A stretch of 29,572 bases of DNA, from positions 1 through 29,572 of IMG/VR virus record IMGVR_UViG_3300027711_000014; one strand, 5' to 3'. The notes beneath the pieces are model-generated. The model searched no databases. It was given only the letters and a program-made list of their open reading frames with translations, and was not told where the DNA came from. Shown here one piece after another: positions 7,997-16,939 of this stretch; position 1 is the first letter of the stretch; each line of letters begins with the position of its first letter. This stretch comes from a virus (taxonomy: Duplodnaviria > Caudoviricetes). A program made the position numbers and the translations under genes.

Positions 7997-8902
7997 ATGT
8001 CTTTAGAAAATTTTGTGGATTACAAGGAAGAGATTCCAGAAAAGGTATTATTGGTGGATACTAATAATTTAAGTATGCGGTGTTTGTTTGCGATAAAATA
8101 TGACCCTACTGATATTGGGTTTGTGGATTACAAGCAAGCGTTTTTAACTACACTTCGGAGTTATATAAACCGTTTGAGACCTGATAAAATTATATTTTGT
8201 CAGGAGGGTTATGATAACTGGAGGCGTGATTACTTTCCAGATTACAAACAGCATCGTGAAAAAGATAGGAAGGCGAGTTATGTAAACTTTGACGAGTTTT
8301 TCAAAATGAATAATGTATTTATGGAGACCTTGGAGGAAATTTTCAAAAATGCTTTATTTTTAAGAATAAACAAACTTGAAGCGGATGACTTAATTGCTTT
8401 GATAACTAGATATAAGAAGTCTTGGGATATTACGATTGTGTCTACAGACCGAGACTTCCATCAGTTGTATAAATATCCAAATTTCAAACAGTTCAATCCT
8501 ACAAAGAAGCAGTTTGTGGAAGTTTTGTCGCCTGAGATTGATTTATTAGTAAAGATTGTTATTGGTGACAAGGATGAGGCACCACAATTAAAAGCGAAGG
8601 TTGGGTTGAAGACTGCTGAGAGAATTATTCGTAATGGGGAATTGGAGCAGTGGTTAAAGAAGCACAATTTACAAGAGAAGTTTGATAGGAATAGGATATT
8701 AATTTCCTTTGACCAAATACCTGAGAAGTATCATCAGCGTGTTGTAGACGCTGTTGATAAATGGAAACAGGGAACCTTTGACGGTCGGAAGTTTTATGAC
8801 TTAGTTATGAAAGATGGACTTGGAGGAACCTTTGAAAACATCAATGACTTTTGTGTTGATTTTTCTAGTGTTGGTCTTGGTTGTAAACAGAAGGAATGTT
8901 AG
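7997..8902 (+). CDS. rnh: T4-type RNase H / 5'-3' flap exonuclease
   Basis: LLVDTNN, NWRRDYFPDYK, EADDLIA, IVSTDRDFHQL, GDKD...VGLKTA. Confidence 0.9.
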   Translation: MSLENFVDYKEEIPEKVLLVDTNNLSMRCLFAIKYDPTDIGFVDYKQAFLTTLRSYINRLRPDKIIFCQEGYDNWRRDYFPDYKQHREKDRKASYVNFDEFFKMNNVFMETLEEIFKNALFLRINKLEADDLIALITRYKKSWDITIVSTDRDFHQLYKYPNFKQFNPTKKQFVEVLSPEIDLLVKIVIGDKDEAPQLKAKVGLKTAERIIRNGELEQWLKKHNLQEKFDRNRILISFDQIPEKYHQRVVDAVDKWKQGTFDGRKFYDLVMKDGLGGTFENINDFCVDFSSVGLGCKQKEC

Positions 8903-9024
8903 AATATCAATAAAACAGAATTATGTGAATGTGTTAAAAAAATTCACACGATTTTAATTAAAGTTTTTTATATTTTGTTTTAATAGAGGGTAGAAAATTA
9001 ACAATTCAGTTATAAGGAAAAGAA

Positions 9025-9684
9025 ATGAAAGGATATAATAAAGAAAAGTGTTTAGAATACATGTTCAATCTACAGGAGAACCTACAGAATTTATTAGGTG
9101 AGAAGCGTGGAATTCTATTACCCAGAGAGTGGGATGTTTTGGATAACACTGTTGTACCAATGGAAAAGTCTGTGGAAATTCATACAAAGATGTCTCGTGA
9201 GTCTGGGTATTACATGATGTCTACGGTTACGGAGTTATTTGAATTTTATGAAGCAATTCACTCTCAAAATACCAATGCTGAATATAGGAATTTGGATGAT
9301 GCGAGGTTTGAATTAATTGATGCTTGGCATTTTTTGATTGCTCAGATGTTATATTTAAACATTCGACCTACGAAGACTTTAGATGAATATATGAAGCATG
9401 CATTTGTTGGTAATGAAGAATTTACCTTGAGCGGTTTAGTTGGTTCTTTAACAATAAGTCTTGGTGAGTTGTATCAGAATACTTCTTATAAACATTGGAA
9501 AACATACACAGAACCAAAGGAAGACAAAAAGGTTTTAACAGAGATTGCTGATAAAATATTTATGCAGTTTTGTAGATTGTATGTTCTTTTAGATATGACT
9601 GCTGAAGATGTTTGGAAGTTTTATTATATGAAGAACGAAGAGAATATTAAAAGACAAGCTAAAAATGGAATTTATGAAAAGTAA
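9025..9684 (+). CDS. Dimeric all-alpha dUTPase/dCTPase-like NTP pyrophosphatase
   Basis: ExxE (ELFE), ELIDAWHF, YKHWK and KNEENIKRQ..GIY motifs. Confidence 0.8.
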   Translation: MKGYNKEKCLEYMFNLQENLQNLLGEKRGILLPREWDVLDNTVVPMEKSVEIHTKMSRESGYYMMSTVTELFEFYEAIHSQNTNAEYRNLDDARFELIDAWHFLIAQMLYLNIRPTKTLDEYMKHAFVGNEEFTLSGLVGSLTISLGELYQNTSYKHWKTYTEPKEDKKVLTEIADKIFMQFCRLYVLLDMTAEDVWKFYYMKNEENIKRQAKNGIYEK

Positions 9685-9728
9685 AAACAAACAATTAATC
9701 AATAAACAAATAAATGGAGAAATAATAA

Positions 9729-10478
9729 ATGATTAAACAAATTAAACACGAACACAGTTTTATCTCTTTAATGACTGAGTTGGCAAACATTAATCCTCAG
9801 CTGATTTTCAATAATGAGGATGGTTTGGTTTCCACAAAAGCAATGGAGAATCAGGAGAAGAGTATTTGTTACTTTTTAAATGCTCCGATTGATTACTTTG
9901 GTTTTGAGAGTGAAAGTTTGGCAGTGATTGACTTCAAGCGGTTGGTGAGTTATTATAACACTTTTACCACAGCTGGAAAAACAGAAACTGAGGACTTACC
10001 TACTTTATCTGTGGAGTATAATAATGACAATGCTGTTATTATGTATATTAAATCTGATAAAACCAAGTCGAGTTTTAAGCATCGCTTGGCATCTGAGGAT
10101 GTTATTGTTAAACCACGATTTAATAAAATCAAATTCAAGAGTGTTGATGCCAAGTTAGTTTTAACTGAAGACCAAGTTGTAGAGATTGACAAGATGATGC
10201 GTTTAACTTCTGCGGATAGAATTAAATGGGGTTATGAAGGTGACACTTGTAATTTGACTTTATTTAACACTCGTACCAATGATACTTGGGAGAATAAGTA
10301 TCTTTTGTCTGAGGAGGCATCGAAGACTTTTGAGATGACTACAATGGCGAAGGGATTTGGTTTTCTTCCTACGGGAGGGTACAATATTGAAGTGAGTGTG
10401 GAGGGTATCATGTCTTTTGAGCAAAAAAGAGAAGATGATATTTCTTTAGTATTGTATATTGCAAAAACAGGAGGTTAA
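9729..10478 (+). CDS. gp45: DNA polymerase sliding clamp (T4 gp45-like)
   Basis: 249 aa; LANINPQLIF, AVIDFKRLV, LPTGGYNIEVS and terminal LYIA; upstream of the clamp loader genes. Confidence 0.75.
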   Translation: MIKQIKHEHSFISLMTELANINPQLIFNNEDGLVSTKAMENQEKSICYFLNAPIDYFGFESESLAVIDFKRLVSYYNTFTTAGKTETEDLPTLSVEYNNDNAVIMYIKSDKTKSSFKHRLASEDVIVKPRFNKIKFKSVDAKLVLTEDQVVEIDKMMRLTSADRIKWGYEGDTCNLTLFNTRTNDTWENKYLLSEEASKTFEMTTMAKGFGFLPTGGYNIEVSVEGIMSFEQKREDDISLVLYIAKTGG

Positions 10479-10495
10479 TCGAATCTCGTTTCTCA

Positions 10496-10528
10496 AAGAA
10501 GGTGTATTTATACACCTTCTTATTTTTT
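10496..10528 (+). terminator. Rho-independent terminator
   Basis: Perfect 11-bp stem AAGAAGGTGTA-TTTA-TACACCTTCTT followed by a T tract. Confidence 0.75.
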
Positions 10529-10535
10529 ATAAATA
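10528..10535 (+). promoter_or_regulatory. T4-type late promoter
   Basis: TATAAATA ending 16 nt before ATG 10552. Confidence 0.6.
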
Positions 10536-10551
10536 TTTCATGAGGTGGACT

Positions 10552-10809
10552 ATGACTTTTCTTGATGATGTTATGAAAGATAAATTAACTAAAGAGCAAA
10601 TAGAAAAAATAAATAAAGAAGAGTATTTTCGTGAGGTTTATGATAAACTTCGAATTGTTGGATATGAGATTGAATTTATTTTTAATTATTTAAGTACAAA
10701 CACAAAAGAAGAGGTTGAGAGTACCTTAAATGATTTAATAAATAAAGCGAGAAAGACTTTAGATGCCATTGATAGATATAATCGTGATGAGAATGGGTTT
10801 TTAATATAA
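10552..10809 (+). CDS. Hypothetical protein
   Basis: GAGGTG RBS before ATG 10552 (MTFLDDVMK...). The longer ORF-track start would cross the terminator. Confidence 0.7.
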   Translation: MTFLDDVMKDKLTKEQIEKINKEEYFREVYDKLRIVGYEIEFIFNYLSTNTKEEVESTLNDLINKARKTLDAIDRYNRDENGFLI

Positions 10810-10843
10810 ATAAGACATCGATGCCGTTGTGGGGGTGTTATTT

Positions 10844-11014
10844 ATGTTTAGGAAATTTTTAGAAGACCAGAAAGAAGAGATGTTAAAGCACAAGTGGATT
10901 GAGTCAGAGCATGCTGGGTGTGACTTGGGTGATGCTGTGATACTCGAGTGGATTAGGAAATATGCAAAAGAGTTCAGAGAATGTTGGGAATCTAAGTTTG
11001 GAAAACTGAAGTGA
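10844..11014 (+). CDS. DUF4032-like small protein
   Basis: EEMLKHKWIESEHAGCDLG...LEWI signature; GGGGG RBS. Confidence 0.65.
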   Translation: MFRKFLEDQKEEMLKHKWIESEHAGCDLGDAVILEWIRKYAKEFRECWESKFGKLK

Positions 11015-11024
11015 GGTTAAAATT

Positions 11025-11387
11025 TTGTTAAGTAATAATATTGGAGAGTTTCTTCCCAAAGAGGATTCTTTTGAGAATTTTTCACATGAATATTATATAA
11101 GTAGTATTCGAGAGTTTGCTAAGAGTGTTGGGATGCGTTTACAGGAACCTGACACTGCTTGTAGAAGGTGTAATGGTCGTGGTTATATTTTGAGGAGGCG
11201 TTCTCCGTTAAAAACTTTAACTACACCTGATGGAATTATTAAAACCGATGAATTTGGTAAATCTTTATATGAGATGGAACCTTTAATTTGTAGTTGTATA
11301 GTTGTCAAAGATTCTTCTGACAAAATAGATATTGGAGAATTTGAGACAAAACCACTAAATAGAAAAGAGAGAAGGGTTAGGAAATAA
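11025..11387 (+). CDS. Hypothetical protein with CxxCxGxG zinc-finger motif
   Basis: CRRCNGRG ... CSC; GAGG RBS with TTG start. Confidence 0.65.
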   Translation: MLSNNIGEFLPKEDSFENFSHEYYISSIREFAKSVGMRLQEPDTACRRCNGRGYILRRRSPLKTLTTPDGIIKTDEFGKSLYEMEPLICSCIVVKDSSDKIDIGEFETKPLNRKERRVRK

Positions 11388-11459
11388 TGATATTTCCTAA
11401 TGGAATTTTAGAATAATTTATTAAATTTTAATCGAACAATAATTTAGGAGTTGATATTT

Positions 11460-12395
11460 ATGGCAAAGAAAGAAATGAGTTCTCTATGGGTTGAGAAGTT
11501 CAGACCAAGAAAAATAAAAGATATGATTTTACCAAAAGAGTTTATTACTTTTTTCAATAAAATTGTTGAGAGTGGTGAGGTTCCAAACTTATTATTAAGT
11601 TCTCCCACCCCTGGAACTGGTAAAACTAGTATTGCCAAGGCGATAGTGAATGATTTAGGTTCGGAGTATTTATATATTAATGCGTCGAGTGAGAATAGTA
11701 TTGATGTTATAAGGAATCAGATTGCTGGTTTTGCACAAACAATGAGTTTCACCACAGGGAAGAAAGTTGTTATATTGGATGAGGCGGATGGATTGACTCC
11801 TCAGTTTCAAAATGCTCTTCGTGCTTACATGGAAGAGTTTGAGAAGAATTGTAGGTTTATTTTAACTTGTAATTATATTCACAAAATTATTCCAGCGTTG
11901 AAGCAAGGTCGAACTATGGTTTTTGATTTTAACATGTCAAAATATAGAGATGAATTAACTTCTAAAATAACCTTTCGAGTTGAGAATATATTAAAATTTG
12001 AAGAGATAGAATTCACCGAGGGAGTTGTTGCTCGTTTAGTTGAGCGTTTATTTCCAAGTATAAGAACGGTGATAGCTACGGTTCAGCAATATGTTCAGAC
12101 TCATGGTGTTTTAGATGATGGTGTAATTCATGAGGTTACCACGGATTCTACTATTGCGGACTTCTTATTGGATAAAAAACCAAATGTAACTGGTGCAAGA
12201 AATTATATAGAGCAGAAGGGAATGAGTTACACAGATGTTTTTAGAAATTTAATGGATACTTTTGTGGAGCGTTGTGCTCAGAAAGCACCTGCGATAATGA
12301 CACTTGCTGATTATGAATATAGGTGTGCTTTTAGTGCAGACCCCTCCTTACAAATTGCTTCTTGTTTAATTGAGTTGTTAAAATATAGGAAGTAA
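11460..12395 (+). CDS. gp44: Clamp loader large subunit (T4 gp44 / RFC AAA+)
   Basis: LWVEKFRP, Walker A PGTGKTS, Walker B ILDEAD, CRFILTCN. Confidence 0.93.
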   Translation: MAKKEMSSLWVEKFRPRKIKDMILPKEFITFFNKIVESGEVPNLLLSSPTPGTGKTSIAKAIVNDLGSEYLYINASSENSIDVIRNQIAGFAQTMSFTTGKKVVILDEADGLTPQFQNALRAYMEEFEKNCRFILTCNYIHKIIPALKQGRTMVFDFNMSKYRDELTSKITFRVENILKFEEIEFTEGVVARLVERLFPSIRTVIATVQQYVQTHGVLDDGVIHEVTTDSTIADFLLDKKPNVTGARNYIEQKGMSYTDVFRNLMDTFVERCAQKAPAIMTLADYEYRCAFSADPSLQIASCLIELLKYRK

Positions 12396-12399
12396 GACC

Positions 12400-13077
12400 T
12401 TGAAGAAGATTAATTTTGAAACTTTCATGTTGGAGTATAAACATGGTTTGTATATATTTTCTGGAGATGCTTGTCAGTTGTGTAAAGACTATGAGGAGAG
12501 TTTAAATTATATAAAATCGCCTTATTTGGTGTCTGTGGAGGTTGTGACTGATGAGGAGATTCAGATATTAGAATCTTTAACAAACCGAAGTGTGTTTCCA
12601 ATGAGTGTAGGTTACAAAGATAATAAACTTGAATTTGTTAGAATTGGATTTGAGAAAGACTTACAGATGTCTGAGGTGTTACTTCCGTTTTTAGAATCGT
12701 TTCCAAATATTCCTCTTACTCAGGAGGAGATAGAGCGTCGTATTTCTGAATCAAAAAAGACATGTAAGATTGTTTTTTATATATTTTCTGAGGATATTGA
12801 GTTTGAGGATAAGATGTCTTGGTATCACAAAAAATGTTTTAATTTTAATGAATTACCAATATTAGTTTCGTCTACTGGTGTTGACTTAGAAATGGAAGAG
12901 CAACGTCTGAAGTTGTTTGATGATGAGATGGGTGGTAGGGAGTTAATTGTTTTTTCAAATTCTGATGGTATTATTGATGTTGGTGACTTTGAGAGAATGT
13001 TTATTAAAGCATGGATGGATAAAAACACCAGTGGAAATTCTTTTGAAATTCGGAATATAAATCTTTTATCCCGATAA
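12400..13077 (+). CDS. Thioredoxin-like fold protein
   Basis: FSGDACQLCK (CxxC) and a SVFP cis-Pro-like motif in the N-terminal ~95 aa; C-terminal domain unknown. Confidence 0.55.
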   Translation: MKKINFETFMLEYKHGLYIFSGDACQLCKDYEESLNYIKSPYLVSVEVVTDEEIQILESLTNRSVFPMSVGYKDNKLEFVRIGFEKDLQMSEVLLPFLESFPNIPLTQEEIERRISESKKTCKIVFYIFSEDIEFEDKMSWYHKKCFNFNELPILVSSTGVDLEMEEQRLKLFDDEMGGRELIVFSNSDGIIDVGDFERMFIKAWMDKNTSGNSFEIRNINLLSR

Positions 13078-13091
13078 ATTTCGGAATAAAA
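13064..13091. other. Stem-loop between the thioredoxin-like gene and gp62
   Basis: TTTTATCCCGA-TAAATT-TCGGAATAAAA, 11-bp stem with one mismatch. Confidence 0.45.
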
Positions 13092-13111
13092 TTAAATTAT
13101 AAAGAGGAAAT

Positions 13112-13573
13112 ATGTTTGGAGAAGAGACACAAAAGGTTACAGAGGAAGAGAAAGTTAAGTCAGTTGGGTTGTTTGATATCCTTGGGATGATTGAAGGTGA
13201 AAAAATAGAATGGAAGTTATTACCAGCTGAGTTTCACAAGGCATACTCACAGTTCATGGTTAATCGTTTTATATCCAGCAAGGATGTTTATGTTAATATA
13301 GCTGAGAAACTCTCCACGATGCGTATAAGTGATGAACACCATTACACTATTGTTTGTGCTGTGGTTATGGGTAATCGCAAACATTATTTTAATTATAAAT
13401 CTTATAAAAAGGAAAAGGTGTCAAAGGAAGAAGGATTATTAATATTTGCTCTTTCGAAGGAATATGAGATAGGAAAACGGGAAGCAAAAACTTATATAAA
13501 TACAATAAGTACTGAGGAAAGAAATAGACTATTATTAAAATGGAAGGATTTATATGATTTGGAGAAACAATGA
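13112..13573 (+). CDS. gp62: Clamp loader small subunit (T4 gp62-like)
   Basis: LFDIL, AYSQFMVNRFIS, HY and KEYEIGKREAKTY patterns; size and position after gp44 fit. Confidence 0.7.
   Translation: MFGEETQKVTEEEKVKSVGLFDILGMIEGEKIEWKLLPAEFHKAYSQFMVNRFISSKDVYVNIAEKLSTMRISDEHHYTIVCAVVMGNRKHYFNYKSYKKEKVSKEEGLLIFALSKEYEIGKREAKTYINTISTEERNRLLLKWKDLYDLEKQ
13495..13502 (+). promoter_or_regulatory. Possible T4-type late promoter (inside gp62)
   Basis: TATAAATA about 70 nt upstream of ATG 13570. Confidence 0.45.
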
Positions 13574-15030
13574 AAAAATTTAGAGATTTTGTAATGACTG
13601 AGGCAAGGATAAGTTCTGGTAATTTGAGTTCTGCTTCTCAGAAAATTGTAAATTATTTGTCAAAAAAGATGAATCTTGAGTATTTGTCTATTGAGGAGCA
13701 GTTGTATTCAAATACTTCTGGGAATTTTAAGGGTTATTTATATATTGACAAATCGGGTAAAAAGGCAGTTCGTATAAATTGGGAAGGTACTAAATTTCAT
13801 TCTATAAATTTCTGGAGTGATTATTCAAAAGAGATATCTCCTCCGTTTGAAATTTTCACTTCTGATGTTGAACCTTCCAATCCTACTTTTACGAGATTAC
13901 TTCCCAAAATCGCAGAAATGATAGTTAGTGGGATGGTAGAGAGTGAGGATTATGAGGGTGATGAATTAAATGAAAACTGGAAATATGATGGTCGTGATTT
14001 CAATACAAAAACCGATGTTGTGATTTATATGCACAATCTTGGTGAGACTTTGGAAGATATAAAAAAGGTAACTGGGTTATCTCCTTCCAAAATTAAAGAA
14101 ATTATTTCAAAACGAGGTGAGACTGTTGAGGAATCGGGAGTTAAGTTAGTGAAGGGTTCTGCTGAAGTTTTGCATGATAATAGGGGAACAAAGGAAGCAC
14201 AGAAGAAATTAGACTCGACGAAATATGCAGACCCAGAGGTTGTTTTTGAAGAGTTGGAAAGTTATTTAGAGGTTTTGGTTCGTGGTTTCTCCACTGCTTT
14301 AATGATAACTGGTCAGGGTGGTATTGGTAAGTCTTTTACTGTGACTGAGACGATGGAAAAACTTGGTAAAAAAAGGAATGAAGATTATGTTGTGTTAAAA
14401 GGTCGTGTTACTCCTATTGGGTTATATAGTTTTTTATTTAAAAACTACGATAAAATTTGTGTTATTGATGATGCTGACTCTATTTTTGAAACTACTGATG
14501 GTTTAAACTTATTAAAAGGTGCGTTAGATTCTGGAAAAGATAGAGAGATTTCTTGGATGACTAAAGGTAAAAATATGGTTGATACTTTTGGAATGACTTC
14601 TCATGATGACATCGAGTTTGCCTTATCTGAGTATAATGCTATCACAAATAAAGAGGGAATTCCGAACTATTTCGTTTTTAGGGGTTCGGTTGTGTTTATT
14701 TCTAACTTAACTCGTAGTGATATAGAAAAGCGTGATTCTGCTTTATTGACGAGGTGTACCTTTGTTGATATAATCTTATCTGCTCGTGATGTGGTTAAGA
14801 GAATTAAAACCGTTTTACCTTTTATAAAAATATATGATGCAAAGGGTGTTAATTATGCCACTGAGGAAAATAAACAGATTGTTTTCGATTGGATTTCTTC
14901 AGATGAGTTTTTAGAAGATTCTCGGATGCGTGGAAAAGAAGTTAACTTTAGAATGTTTAATCAAATATATTCCTTTTATCATGCTGGTTTGAGTAATTGG
15001 AAAGAGTTAAGTTTTAGGGCAGGTGGATGA
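13570..15030 (+). CDS. AAA-family ATPase with N-terminal extension and HTH-like segment
   Basis: Walker A GQGGIGKS, Walker B VIDDAD, LLKGALD, FISN, ALLTR; HTH-like GETLEDIKKVTGLSPSKIKEII. Confidence 0.8.
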   Translation: MKKFRDFVMTEARISSGNLSSASQKIVNYLSKKMNLEYLSIEEQLYSNTSGNFKGYLYIDKSGKKAVRINWEGTKFHSINFWSDYSKEISPPFEIFTSDVEPSNPTFTRLLPKIAEMIVSGMVESEDYEGDELNENWKYDGRDFNTKTDVVIYMHNLGETLEDIKKVTGLSPSKIKEIISKRGETVEESGVKLVKGSAEVLHDNRGTKEAQKKLDSTKYADPEVVFEELESYLEVLVRGFSTALMITGQGGIGKSFTVTETMEKLGKKRNEDYVVLKGRVTPIGLYSFLFKNYDKICVIDDADSIFETTDGLNLLKGALDSGKDREISWMTKGKNMVDTFGMTSHDDIEFALSEYNAITNKEGIPNYFVFRGSVVFISNLTRSDIEKRDSALLTRCTFVDIILSARDVVKRIKTVLPFIKIYDAKGVNYATEENKQIVFDWISSDEFLEDSRMRGKEVNFRMFNQIYSFYHAGLSNWKELSFRAGG

Positions 15031-15251
15031 TGAGTGACGAGACAATTAAAATAAAAACCACTATTAATGATAAATTAACTAAAAGCAAATTGAGTGATAA
15101 ATTGAAAGCAAGGGTTAAATGTGGAGATATAGAACCAGCAGAATTGACTGAATATTTAGAGGACAATCAAACACTAAGTTCCTATACAGTGGTATTTGAT
15201 TATTCTGGATATAACATCACTGAGCAAATATTCACAATAGAAGATATTTAA
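15027..15251 (+). CDS. Hypothetical protein
   Basis: 74 aa ORF with ATGA overlap with the ATPase stop codon. Confidence 0.6.
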   Translation: MMSDETIKIKTTINDKLTKSKLSDKLKARVKCGDIEPAELTEYLEDNQTLSSYTVVFDYSGYNITEQIFTIEDI

Positions 15252-15350
15252 TAAATTTGAATAATTTTTATCAATTTTCAAACATTATTTATTATATTTA
15301 ATATAATAAGTTTTAGGTCGTACAATAAATTCAATCAAATAGGAGATAAA

Positions 15351-15656
15351 ATGAAGGTATTGAGTACAAAAATATTATTAACTGATAAGAAAGAAGAAAA
15401 ACGGGATGGTTTATTTATTCCTAGGTCTACAGGACAAAAGATTCTAACAGTGAGTCATGTTGGTACTGGTCACTGGAATCCTTATATTAGTGAGCGAGTT
15501 CCCTTACCTATTAAGGTTGGAGACCGTGTTGCAGTTGATATGGCGATGGTTCCAGAGGTAAAAGTTAAAGACAAAGATGGAAACATCACAAAATATTATA
15601 TTACAATTGAACAGGATATTTTATATATTTTAGATAAAGACGAGGAGGTGCTTTAA
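15351..15656 (+). CDS. groES: Co-chaperonin GroES-like, copy 1
   Basis: KILL, GLFIP, VSHVGTG, PLPIKVGDRV, YYITIEQDIL. Confidence 0.75.
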   Translation: MKVLSTKILLTDKKEEKRDGLFIPRSTGQKILTVSHVGTGHWNPYISERVPLPIKVGDRVAVDMAMVPEVKVKDKDGNITKYYITIEQDILYILDKDEEVL

Positions 15657-16102
15657 TGCGTTGTAATGATGATTCTATTATAGTTCGTCGTTTGTCTGGT
15701 TTGACTTCGGAGACTGGTTTAATAACTGCTGGTATGTTTTTTACTTATGCTTTATATGAAATCGTTGCAGTAGGTGATGGTCACTACCACAGGCAGTCTG
15801 GAAAAATTGAACCGATGGAAGTTAAGGTTGGGGATAGAGTTTTAATTTCTCCTAATATTTGTAAATTGATAGAAACTGCTTTCTGGGATGATGAAGAAGA
15901 AAAGGTTAAAGATATCAGTCTTATAAAATCTTCACAGCAGAAAAAATCTATCGATACTCTTGCCGATGCTCATAATATATCAAAATCTGGTAAATTTGAG
16001 TACCGTTTCATTGATGGTGTAAATCCTGAGAATCACTTATTTAAAGTACCTACGGCAGAGGAGTGTGTTTTTATATTTGAAGAGGGTGAAACAATTGTCT
16101 AA
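15656..16102 (+). CDS. groES: Co-chaperonin GroES-like, copy 2 (with insertion)
   Basis: DSIIVRR, TSETGLI, EIVAVGDG, PMEVKVGDRVLI; 148 aa. Confidence 0.7.
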   Translation: MRCNDDSIIVRRLSGLTSETGLITAGMFFTYALYEIVAVGDGHYHRQSGKIEPMEVKVGDRVLISPNICKLIETAFWDDEEEKVKDISLIKSSQQKKSIDTLADAHNISKSGKFEYRFIDGVNPENHLFKVPTAEECVFIFEEGETIV

Positions 16103-16424
16103 AAAAAATATTTTTATAATAAGTTTAACAGTAGTTTCTTTTATCTTATATACTATATTTTTAAGCATGCTTGGTGTTTTTGGAAAAGATATACAAATAA
16201 ATGTTTTAATTTACACCATTATATTCTTAAAATATTTTTTAATATCTGCAGGATACGTCCTTGCGGTCTTCCTTCCTTATAGAATACATGGGGCGATGTC
16301 ATTAAATAAAAAAAGAAAACTGAAGTTCAAAAAAGATATGGAGTTTGCTGAATTAGACAGAAAAACAAAAGAAATGGAAAGAAGAATTTTAGAAACCTAT
16401 TATAAAGAAGAGGATATGTTATGA
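16095..16424 (+). CDS. Hypothetical membrane protein
   Basis: Two hydrophobic segments and a charged tail; likely TTG start at 16095 after GAGGGTG. Confidence 0.6.
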   Translation: MSKKNIFIISLTVVSFILYTIFLSMLGVFGKDIQINVLIYTIIFLKYFLISAGYVLAVFLPYRIHGAMSLNKKRKLKFKKDMEFAELDRKTKEMERRILETYYKEEDML

Positions 16425-16843
16425 GTCAAGATATTGAATATGATGAGATTAATTCTCCCAAGCATTATAATTCACATGAGTCTGGAATTGAGGCAATTGA
16501 GATAACTCGATGGTTGATTGGTGGTTTGAGTAACATGTGGAAGTATGCCATGCGTTATGAGGACAAGGGAACTCCTAAGAAGGATTTGGGTAAATTGTGT
16601 TATTATGGTCGTGATTTTATTAAAAATTATAAACCAACACTTGATTCCTCCGTTCCTAAATTGGTAGTTCCTCATCGAGTTTTGAATTTAATGTCCTTGG
16701 TTATTAGAGAAGAACCAGTTGAGGAAATCAGGACAATTATGTCAGATATTAGAAAAATAAGTATGGGAGATTATGAGCATTTCGATAAAATGGGTGAGAA
16801 TTTGGATAAAATTGAGGAATATTCCTTAACTTTTTCTAATTAA
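16421..16843 (+). CDS. DUF3310 family protein (T7 gp1.7 nucleotide kinase-like)
   Basis: INSPKHY, EAIEI, NMWKYAMR, KG...DLGK. Confidence 0.8.
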   Translation: MSQDIEYDEINSPKHYNSHESGIEAIEITRWLIGGLSNMWKYAMRYEDKGTPKKDLGKLCYYGRDFIKNYKPTLDSSVPKLVVPHRVLNLMSLVIREEPVEEIRTIMSDIRKISMGDYEHFDKMGENLDKIEEYSLTFSN

Positions 16844-16847
16844 TCGC

Positions 16848-16876
16848 TTGACGGGGTGTAAATTATTAACTATAAT
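16848..16876 (+). promoter_or_regulatory. Sigma70-like promoter
   Basis: TTGACG, 17-nt spacer, TATAAT. Confidence 0.7.
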
Positions 16877-16939
16877 TATGTTGTGTGTGGAACACAAACA
16901 AAATCAAATAAAAAATAAAATTAAAAAGGAAACTATATT

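Noticed and set aside
8919-8955. TGTGAAT / ATTCACA inverted repeat after rnh
   Set aside because: Short AT-rich stem with a long loop; too weak to call as a terminator or operator.
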